Source of the DNA: Dehalococcoidia bacterium
GTDB lineage: Bacteria > Chloroflexota > Dehalococcoidia > Tepidiformales > Tepidiformaceae
Direction of reading: 5' to 3'
NCBI GenBank assembly: GCA_007126855.1
Contig: SLAK01000082.1
Span: forward strand, 1 to 25,229
DNA length: 25,229 nt
Shown here: piece by piece, positions 16,370 through 23,501 of the stretch
Position numbering within the stretch: position 1 is the first letter of the stretch
Layout: each line of letters opens with the position of its first letter
Notes under the pieces: model-generated
Database searches by the model: none
Seen by the model: only the letters and a program-made list of their open reading frames with translations
What the model was told of the DNA's origin: nothing
Position numbers and translations under genes: made by a program

Positions 16370-16592
16370 GGGTGCACCTCCTTAACCATGAAAACCGTAG
16401 CGATTCTCCATTGCTATTTGACAACGCAAACCTGCGCTAATGTTGCGCCCTGGTATCGGCCGGGGGCGCTGCGGTTTCCCGGTTCTTTCGTGATCGTGGC
16501 GCCATAGTGGGGTGCAGCCGAGACTGGTCGCGAGCCTGCAGCCGAAGGCGGAGGGGCAATCCGGCAGATTGCGCCGGGCTGGTGGAGGATTC

Positions 16593-17447
16593 GTGCACGG
16601 ATATCCCGACCCGGGCAGCAGCGCGCTCCGCAGGGCAATACGGAATGCTGCTGGCGCGCTGGCGCTGGTGGTCGCGCCGCTGGCGGTGCTGGGCCTTTGG
16701 GCGCAACTGGTGCTGCTCGACGCATCGGAGTTCGCAGGGCTCGCGGATAGCACGATGCAGGAACACGAGGTCCAGGTGGCACTCTCCGACGCGATCTACC
16801 TGCGCCTCACGGAGGCTTCGCCGCTGCTGGAAACGCCGGAGGTGGACACTGCTGTCCGGGAGGCGGTCCGGTGGATCTTGAGCCAGGAAGAGTTTCGCCA
16901 CGTGCTCCGGGTCGCGGTCGAAGCATTGCACCGCGACATCTCGGAAGGCGAGGAGACGCTGCAGCTCCAGGTAGTCGAAGAAGTGACGGACATGCTGCGG
17001 CACGAGCTCGGCGAGCCGTTGGCAGACTTCGTGCCGGAGCCCCGGGAGGTCGCGCCAGTGACGCTTGCCGGGACCGGGGAATACCGCGCGCTTCGCACGG
17101 CGGTCCGGACGGCGGATGTGACGAGCGTTTTGGTGCTGGCGGGCGCTGCGGCGACCGCGGCTGCGCTGCTGCTCTTCGCGCGCAGGCGGGCACATGCAGC
17201 CGTCTATGTGGGCCTTGCGGGCGCGCTGGGGGCGGCAGGGATTATCGTCACGCTCTATGTGCTGCCGTCGCTCGGCATGGCCGGAGTGAACGGCGAGCCG
17301 GAAGGGTCGATCTACAGGGTGTTTGCCGGGAGCATCGCGGGGACGGCGCTTCTCGCAGCGGTAGTTTGCGGTGCGGTGGGGTTGCTGGGAGCAGTCGCGG
17401 CGCTGGTTGCCGGGCGGAGCCGGGCACCGGACTTCGACTGGCGGTAA
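16593..17447 (+). CDS. Hypothetical integral membrane protein (1 N-terminal TM, soluble middle domain, about 3 C-terminal TMs)
   Basis: Long GC3-rich ORF with a clear hydrophobic pattern. GGAGG at 16584-16588 favours GTG 16593; GTG 16512 is the alternative. Confidence 0.72.
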   Translation: MHGYPDPGSSALRRAIRNAAGALALVVAPLAVLGLWAQLVLLDASEFAGLADSTMQEHEVQVALSDAIYLRLTEASPLLETPEVDTAVREAVRWILSQEEFRHVLRVAVEALHRDISEGEETLQLQVVEEVTDMLRHELGEPLADFVPEPREVAPVTLAGTGEYRALRTAVRTADVTSVLVLAGAAATAAALLLFARRRAHAAVYVGLAGALGAAGIIVTLYVLPSLGMAGVNGEPEGSIYRVFAGSIAGTALLAAVVCGAVGLLGAVAALVAGRSRAPDFDWR

Positions 17448-17541
17448 GTACCGGGCACAGGGCACGTCGCCGGTGCTTGCCACATAGCAGTGCGCGGTAT
17501 TTCACATTCCTTACCGGTTCTTGATGCACCTAGATGTACAG

Positions 17542-17574
17542 CCTGATTGCATGAGAGACGAAGATGCATTCAGG
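17542..17574 (+). promoter_or_regulatory. Hairpin partially covering the SD of the DUF5698/DUF2179 gene
   Basis: CCTGATTGCAT-gagagacgaag-ATGCATTCAGG (10 of 11 pairs). The right arm includes CAGG of SD CAGGGG (17571-17576). Confidence 0.45.
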
Positions 17575-17585
17575 GGTTAATTAAC

Positions 17586-18254
17586 GTGCCGGACATGGCT
17601 GTCTACGCCGGTGGTATTTTGTTCGTTTTTCTCTTGCGGATGATCGGCGTGGCCATAGGCACGGTCCGCATCCTGCTAACGAACCGGGGAAACGAGCTAT
17701 GGTCGGGCACGCTCGGGTTCTTTGAGGTGCTTGTCTACGTGATAGGCATCGGTGTGGTAGTGCAGGACCTGACCGACATCCCGATGTTGCTGAGTTATTG
17801 TTTCGGGTTTTCGGTGGGGACCGTGGTTGGGATCCGGATAGAGCAACGCATGGCGATGGGTTACGTCAACTTGCGGGCTATCTCCCGCGCGCAGTCGGCC
17901 CAGATCGCGAACGCGCTGCGAGACGCGGGCTTCGGCGCCACATTGAGCCACGGTGAAGGCCGCGACGGCTCGGTCGGCATCATCACGGCGACGGTGTCGC
18001 GCAAGCACTCGCGCAGGGCCATGCAGCTTGTGCACCAGCTCGACCCCGACGCCTTTATGGTCGCGGACGAAGCGCGAGCGGTAGCGCGGGGCTGGCTGCC
18101 AAGCGCGGCCACAATCTTCCCGACGGCGACCGCGGGGGTGCAGCGCACCGTGCCAGCGCCGTCGCCGTCGCAGCCTCTTCCGGATCTGGCTCCGGACGAA
18201 GAGACCGAAGCGGACGTCGAGGCGCAACGGGCCGAAAGCAACGCGCCCGCCTGA
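17586..18254 (+). CDS. DUF5698 + DUF2179 (UPF0316/YebE-like) membrane protein
   Basis: LRMIGVAIGTVRILL, GFFEVLVYVIG, YCFGFSVGTVVGIRIEQRMAMG, LRDAGFGAT...GEGRDG and DPDAF. Pro-rich acidic tail. GTG 17586 (ATG 17595 alternative). Confidence 0.85.
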   Translation: MPDMAVYAGGILFVFLLRMIGVAIGTVRILLTNRGNELWSGTLGFFEVLVYVIGIGVVVQDLTDIPMLLSYCFGFSVGTVVGIRIEQRMAMGYVNLRAISRAQSAQIANALRDAGFGATLSHGEGRDGSVGIITATVSRKHSRRAMQLVHQLDPDAFMVADEARAVARGWLPSAATIFPTATAGVQRTVPAPSPSQPLPDLAPDEETEADVEAQRAESNAPA

Positions 18255-18256
18255 GC

Positions 18257-19162
18257 TCAGGCGTCGCGCACGAGCGCACGGACCTCCTTTAAGCGAGCCA
18301 TCGAGGCGAGCACCAGATCCTGGTCGTCGACCATGTGCCGCACGATGACGTCGGTGTAGCCCATATCCGCGAGGGCGCGGAAGGACTGCGCGACGGACTC
18401 GATGGTGCCACAGACGAGCGCGGAGGGGTCGAAGCCGCGATAGCCGCGTGAGGCCTCCCTGATGTGTTGCGCTTCCTCTTCGGAGCCGGCGACGAAAATG
18501 TCGCGCCTGACCGCCACGGCGGTGGGCTCCCGGCCGTGGACCGTGCAGCGCTCCTGGTAGTAGGCGACGGCCTGCGCGGCCTGGTCTGGCGTGAGGCCCG
18601 GGGAGCCGAGCCAGCCTTCGGTCAGGCGCGCGGCGCGGTCGAGCGCCTTGTCGGCGACGGCCCCGGTCCAGAACTCGACCGGCTCGGGCGGGATGGGATT
18701 GACGCGCGCATCGTGGAAGGTGAAGAGCCCTTCGGAGCTGACGGTTTCGCCGCTCAGGAGGCGGCGGATTGCGTCCAGCGCCTCTTCGAAGGCTCGGACC
18801 CGTGTGCGGCGGCTGGCGCCCATGGCGCGGAACTGGCGCTCGTCGTCGCCCAGAGAGCACTGGATGATGAAGCGGCCCTGCGCTATGGAGGCCAGGGTGC
18901 CCACCTGCTCGGCGAGCAACACGGGATTCCAGAGCGGGAGCAGGAACAGGCAGCCCGCCGGCGCATCGCCCCATTCGGCGAGCATGCGGCCCGTGATGGG
19001 GACGTTCTGGTAGTAGGGGATGGGCGTGGCATGGTGGTCGCCAACGAAGAGCGAGTCCAGCCCGGCCTCGCGTGCCGCGGCTGCACGCTCCACCATCCAG
19101 CGGGCGCCCGCACGGACATCATCGGTGCGGCGGCTGCTGGTGAGGGAAATCCCGACTCGCAT
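18257..19162 (-). CDS. LLM-class (luciferase-like) flavin-dependent oxidoreductase
   Basis: AAREAGLDSLFVGDHH, LLAEQVGTLASIAQGRF, LGDDERQF and ALDRAARL. SD GGAGGAG precedes ATG 19162. Confidence 0.92.
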   Translation of the reverse strand: MRVGISLTSSRRTDDVRAGARWMVERAAAAREAGLDSLFVGDHHATPIPYYQNVPITGRMLAEWGDAPAGCLFLLPLWNPVLLAEQVGTLASIAQGRFIIQCSLGDDERQFRAMGASRRTRVRAFEEALDAIRRLLSGETVSSEGLFTFHDARVNPIPPEPVEFWTGAVADKALDRAARLTEGWLGSPGLTPDQAAQAVAYYQERCTVHGREPTAVAVRRDIFVAGSEEEAQHIREASRGYRGFDPSALVCGTIESVAQSFRALADMGYTDVIVRHMVDDQDLVLASMARLKEVRALVRDA

Positions 19163-19346
19163 GAGCTCCTCCAGAAAAGGGCAGGGTTTGTGGGTGGGAC
19201 GATACGCGCCGGGAGCACCGGCACGCCACTTCCGGACGCTCCCATCGCATGCTCGTAACGTTCTGGCACCGATTCCTTGCGAGAGAGTGTCATCTTTCGA
19301 AACGCGGCCCTGTAAGTGATGACAGGCGTGGGGCTTTCCCTGCAGC

Positions 19347-19517
19347 ATGGAAATCACTCCCAAAGAGCCCGCCGCCATCAGAGATATCGATCCCCTGGCT
19401 CTGGCACGACGGATGGGCTCCGGGAGCGCCGCCACACAGGCCCCTTCCCACGTCCGCGGGAAGGGGCCTCGTATTTCCGGGAGCTTCTGCACATTCTGCA
19501 GCCGAAGGACGGCGTGA
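19347..19517 (+). CDS. Putative 56-aa upstream ORF / leader peptide with CxxC, overlapping the ATPase start
   Basis: MEITPKEPAAIRDIDPLALARRMGSGSAATQAPSHVRGKGPRISGSFCTFCSRRTA*. Its TGA (19515-19517) overlaps GTG 19514. Hand count of GC3 is about 39/55. No strong SD. Confidence 0.4.
   Translation: MEITPKEPAAIRDIDPLALARRMGSGSAATQAPSHVRGKGPRISGSFCTFCSRRTA
19438..19476 (+). terminator. Perfect 12-bp stem-loop with weak U-tract, 45 nt upstream of the ATPase start (possible attenuator)
   Basis: AGGCCCCTTCCC-acgtccgc-GGGAAGGGGCCT followed by CGTATTT. Confidence 0.5.
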
Positions 19518-21880
19518 AGGCGCCCGGAAGGCCGGGGCGGGCGGAGGCAGAATCTCCGATACTGGTTGCGTTGAGCGAGACTACCCGCACCGGATTGTTA
19601 CTTGCGGTCACGCTCCTCGGGTTGACGGCGGGTGTGATTGCGTGGGCCGCCGGATACGGAGGCGCGGCTGACGCACTGTGGGCCGCTACCACTCTCGCGG
19701 CGCTCATCCCGGTCGCGGTCTCCATCATTCAGAGCCTGCTCCGGCGCCATGCCGGGGTCGATGTCATCGCGCTCATGGCCATGGCCGGTTCCCTGGCGCT
19801 GGGCGAATACCTCGCTGGCGCCGTTATCGCGCTGATGGTCGCCACCGGTCGCGCACTCGAAGAATACGCTGCCGGCCGGGCCCAGCGGGAACTGTCGTCG
19901 CTGCTGCAGCGCGCCCCGCGTACTGCCCAACGCGTCGAAAACTCGATCATCACCGAAGTGCCAGTGGAGGAAGTGCGGCCCGGGGACACGCTGCTGGTCC
20001 GCGACGGCGATGTCATCCCGGTGGACGGCATGGTGACCGATAGCGTGGCGGTACTCGACGAATCGGCGCTCACCGGGGAGAGCCGGCTGGTGGAGCGCTC
20101 CCGCGGGGCGCCGGTGCAAAGCGGCGCGCTGAACGCGGGCGGTGTTTTCCAGATGCTGGCGACGGCCACGTCGGAGGAAAGCACCTACGCCGGGATCATC
20201 CGCCTGGTGAAGGAAGCGCAGACGACGAAGGCGCCGCTGGTGCGCCTGGCCGACCGCTACGCGCGGTACTTCATCCCGCTGACTCTTGGGGTGGCGAGCT
20301 TCGCCTGGATGATCTCGGGCGACCCGGTGCGCGCACTGGCGGTGCTGGTGGTGGCGACACCGTGCCCGCTGCTGCTTGCCGCACCGATCGCGATCGTTTC
20401 CGGTATCTCGCGGGCGGCGCGCCGGGGGATCGTGGTGAAGGGCGGCGGCGCGCTGGAAGTCATCGCGCGGGCCGAGGCGGTCTTCGTGGACAAGACCGGC
20501 ACGCTCACGGTGGGGACTCCGCGGCTGGAACGGATCGTCCCCTTCGACGGCGCGGTGGACGAAGCCGAAATCCTGCGGCTGGCCGCCTCGCTCGACCAGG
20601 CATCGTCACACGTCCTGGCACAGTCGCTAGTCCAGGCGGCACGCGAGCGAGGGCTGGATCTGGAGTTGCCCAATGAGGTACGCGAAATCGCGGGAGCGGG
20701 GATCGCGGGGCGGGTGAACGGCCGGGTGATACAGGCGGGGTCGTTCGCGCTGGTGACCGCGGGCAGCGAGCCTTCGGAGCAGGCGCTGCGGTTCCGGCGC
20801 CGGCTGATGCGTGACGAAGGGTCGGTGGTGTTCGTGGGTGTCGATGGGCAGCTTGCGGGCGCCGCGGTCATGGACGACGAGATCCGCCCGGAGTCGGCAC
20901 GGGCGATCCGGGCGCTGAAGCGGCATGGCGTCCGCGAGGTGGTCATGGTCTCGGGGGACCATGCGACGGTGGCGGAGGCGGTGGGGGCCGCGCTTGGAGT
21001 CGACCGGGTCATTCCGGAATGTACGCCGGCGGACAAGGTTGATGCCGTCACCGAATCACGGAAGCACCGCGTGACGGTGATGGTCGGCGACGGCATCAAC
21101 GATGCGCCGGCGCTGGCGGCGGCGAACGTGGGCATTGCGATGGGCGCGCGGGGGGCAACCTCGTCTTCGGAAGCTGCGGATGTCGTGCTGGTGGTCGACC
21201 GGCTGGACCGGCTGGTGGAGACACTGCTGATCGCCCAGCGATCGCGGGGTATCGCCATCCAGAGCATGATGCTGGGGATGGGCCTGTCGCTGGTGGCGAT
21301 GGGCTTCGCGACCTTCGGCTACCTGACGCCGGTGGTCGGCGCGATCCTGCAGGAGGGCATCGATGCGGCGTCTATCGGGAACGCGCTGCGGGCACTGCGC
21401 AACGGCCGGAAGCCCACGCGGGCGGTGGATATTCCGGCTGAACGCTTGGCCGAGCTTCGCGCGGAGCACCGCCAGCTCCGGCCGCGCATCGAGGAGCTGC
21501 GGACGGTCGCCGACCGGCTGGATTCGCTGGAGCCGCAGGAGGCCCGCGCCCAGCTGGAGGACATGCGGAGTTTCATCCTGGAGACGGTGGTGCCGCACGA
21601 GCAGTCGGACGAATCGGACATCTATCCCCGGTTGGTCGGGGCCGTGGGCGGGGACGACCCGCTGGCGGCGATGAGCCGGACGCACCAGGAGATTTTCCAG
21701 CTGGCCCGCAAGTTCGACCGGCTGCTCGCGGAGCTGCCGCCGGGCAACCTGGAACCGGAGGACATCGTGGATCTGCGGCGCATGCTCTATGCGCTGCATG
21801 CCATCGTCCACCTGAACATCGCGCAGGAAGAAGAACTCTACGTGGCGTTCGAAGAGGAGCATGCGGCGGCCCCGGCGTGA
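19514..21880 (+). CDS. P1B-5-type heavy-metal P-type ATPase with C-terminal hemerythrin-like domain
   Basis: TGES, DKTGT and GDGINDAPAL. TM motifs TPCP, QSMMLGMGLSLVAM (Qx4Gx3Sx3M) and PVVGAILQEGIDAASIGN (Px6QEx2Dx5N). C-terminal RAEH / PHEQSDE..IYP / SRTH / AQEEELY helices. GAAGGA SD precedes GTG 19514. Confidence 0.92.
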   Translation: MKAPGRPGRAEAESPILVALSETTRTGLLLAVTLLGLTAGVIAWAAGYGGAADALWAATTLAALIPVAVSIIQSLLRRHAGVDVIALMAMAGSLALGEYLAGAVIALMVATGRALEEYAAGRAQRELSSLLQRAPRTAQRVENSIITEVPVEEVRPGDTLLVRDGDVIPVDGMVTDSVAVLDESALTGESRLVERSRGAPVQSGALNAGGVFQMLATATSEESTYAGIIRLVKEAQTTKAPLVRLADRYARYFIPLTLGVASFAWMISGDPVRALAVLVVATPCPLLLAAPIAIVSGISRAARRGIVVKGGGALEVIARAEAVFVDKTGTLTVGTPRLERIVPFDGAVDEAEILRLAASLDQASSHVLAQSLVQAARERGLDLELPNEVREIAGAGIAGRVNGRVIQAGSFALVTAGSEPSEQALRFRRRLMRDEGSVVFVGVDGQLAGAAVMDDEIRPESARAIRALKRHGVREVVMVSGDHATVAEAVGAALGVDRVIPECTPADKVDAVTESRKHRVTVMVGDGINDAPALAAANVGIAMGARGATSSSEAADVVLVVDRLDRLVETLLIAQRSRGIAIQSMMLGMGLSLVAMGFATFGYLTPVVGAILQEGIDAASIGNALRALRNGRKPTRAVDIPAERLAELRAEHRQLRPRIEELRTVADRLDSLEPQEARAQLEDMRSFILETVVPHEQSDESDIYPRLVGAVGGDDPLAAMSRTHQEIFQLARKFDRLLAELPPGNLEPEDIVDLRRMLYALHAIVHLNIAQEEELYVAFEEEHAAAPA

Positions 21881-21902
21881 CGCTGGACTCCGCCCAATCA
21901 GA

Positions 21903-21951
21903 ACTGGCCGCCATCGCCCGACCTTCTATCGATCGGGCGATGGCGGCCAGT
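21903..21951. repeat. Perfect 19-bp inverted repeat between convergent genes
   Basis: ACTGGCCGCCATCGCCCGA-ccttctatcga-TCGGGCGATGGCGGCCAGT. Confidence 0.85.
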
Positions 21952-21995
21952 GCATCCGCGCGGCCTAACTACCTGCGGTACCGGGCAGAAGCTGC

Positions 21996-23372
21996 TTAGA
22001 CAGCCACACGCGCGGGCTCCACGTTCTGGTTCACATGAAAGAAGTTCTGCGGGTCGTACCTGGCCTTGACCTCGCGCAGCCGTTCGAAGTTCGAACCGTA
22101 GGTGGCACGGATCCGGTCCTCGCCCTCTTCCATCATGAAGTTGACGTACGATCCACCCGCCGAGTACGGATGAAGGGCTTCCCAGTAAGCCCTGGCCCAG
22201 CTCGTCGTGCGCTCGCGATTCGCCGGGTCCGGGTCGACGCCGACGATGACCATGGACCAATTGGCTTCCCGATGGCCCCATGCAGTCTCGTCAGTCCCAA
22301 CGCGATGTACGGCGCCGTCGACCGGGTAGAGATGCATGGTGGACTTAGATGTCGGCACCTGGCCGAAGCGGGCGTGTTGCGCGACGGCTTCGTCGGTGAT
22401 TTCGCGGACGAAGTCGCCCTTCCAGTACCATTCATCGCCTGGCGCGTAGAGAGCATCAAACATGCCCTGGAGCGCCGGGTAGGGCATCCGGCCGGTGAAC
22501 TCGAACAAGGGACTCGCCACATCGCGAGCGGACTGGAGCGCTTCTTCAGCCTGCTCATCCGAACCCAGGACGCACCAGAGCAGCCCACATACCTTTCGGC
22601 CATGAATCGACTCCGGGAATGGATCGGCCGCCGGCACCTCGGCGGTGAGATAGAAGGCGTAAACGTCCTCTGGCGCCTGCGGCAGCCACTCGCGATACCA
22701 GCGGAGGGTCGTCTCGAGGTCTTCGATGGGCCAGAAGAGCGGCCCGGCGGTGACGGTGTCCACGGGGTGCAACCGGAACTCAAACGATGTGACAACGCCA
22801 AAGTTGCCCCCGCCACCACGCAGCGCCCAGAAGAGGTCGGCGTTTTCCTGCTTGCTCGCATGTACGAGCGTGCCATCGGCCAGCACGACGTCGGCGCTGA
22901 CCAGGTTGTCGATGGTGAGCCCATACTTGCGAGTGAGGTAGCCATGGCCACCGCCGAGGGTCAGGCCGCCCACGCCGGTCGTGGAAATCACTCCGCTCAC
23001 GGTTGCCAGGCCGAAGGCATGTGTGGCGTGGTCGATGTCACCCCATGTACAGCCGGGCTCGACCACGACGGTCCTGGCCTCGGGGTCGACCCGGATGCCT
23101 TTCATGCGCGAGAGGTCGATGACGAGGCCGTCGTCGACCAAAGACAGGCCCGGGCCGTTGTGGCCACCGCTACGGATGGATGTTTCCAGCTGTTGCTCAC
23201 GCCCAAAGTTCACAGCTGAGATAACGTCGGCGACGTTGGCGCAGCGAGCGATAAGGGCGGGGCGCTTGTCGATCATGGCATTGAAGATGGTCCGGGCTTC
23301 GTCGTATTCGGGATCACCAGGTTGAATCAACTGGCCACGGAAGGACTCTTTGATGCCTGCTGTGTCTATCAT
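21996..23372 (-). CDS. FAD-linked oxidase with berberine-bridge (BBE) domain (6-hydroxy-D-nicotine oxidase-like superfamily)
   Basis: YDEARTIFNAMIDKRPALI, IRSGGHN (covalent-FAD His), GVGGLTLGGG, DLFWALRGGGGNFGVVT, YVNF and KARYDPQNFFHVNQN. SD GGAGGAG precedes ATG 23372. Confidence 0.93.
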   Translation of the reverse strand: MIDTAGIKESFRGQLIQPGDPEYDEARTIFNAMIDKRPALIARCANVADVISAVNFGREQQLETSIRSGGHNGPGLSLVDDGLVIDLSRMKGIRVDPEARTVVVEPGCTWGDIDHATHAFGLATVSGVISTTGVGGLTLGGGHGYLTRKYGLTIDNLVSADVVLADGTLVHASKQENADLFWALRGGGGNFGVVTSFEFRLHPVDTVTAGPLFWPIEDLETTLRWYREWLPQAPEDVYAFYLTAEVPAADPFPESIHGRKVCGLLWCVLGSDEQAEEALQSARDVASPLFEFTGRMPYPALQGMFDALYAPGDEWYWKGDFVREITDEAVAQHARFGQVPTSKSTMHLYPVDGAVHRVGTDETAWGHREANWSMVIVGVDPDPANRERTTSWARAYWEALHPYSAGGSYVNFMMEEGEDRIRATYGSNFERLREVKARYDPQNFFHVNQNVEPARVAV

Positions 23373-23501
23373 GCCGTCTCCTCCAGGAAGTCTGTAACCC
23401 CACCGGCACAGGGCGCGCGGTGGCGTGCTCAAGGATGCGGCTTGTCGGGCAGGTCTCGTAAGAGCCAGAATGCTCGTCTACGGTCCATTTAGCTCAGGAA
23501 G

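Noticed and set aside
16206-16424. 72-aa minus-strand ORF with HHHH in the ORF track
   Set aside because: It is the wrong frame. The real gene is the SD-supported 52-aa ORF at 16211-16369.
16418-16443. Perfect TTGACA with downstream TAATGT as a promoter
   Set aside because: The spacer is only 14 nt, so it is not called as a promoter.
16437-18974. ORFs 16437..17483 (-) and 17697..18974 (-)
   Set aside because: They are low-complexity R/A/P-rich alternative frames overlapping better-supported genes.
19163-19513. ORF-track N-terminal extensions of the LLM gene (to 19492) and the ATPase (from 19316), which would overlap head-to-head
   Set aside because: The extensions are not homolog-like, and both genes have SD-supported internal starts (19162 and 19514).
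19163-19513. Known metal riboswitch (NiCo, yybP-ykoY, M-box) upstream of the ATPase
   Set aside because: I could not find their conserved sequence elements by eye. An Infernal scan would be needed to exclude them formally.
22035-23219. 394-aa plus-strand ORF
   Set aside because: It is an antisense shadow of the BBE oxidase.
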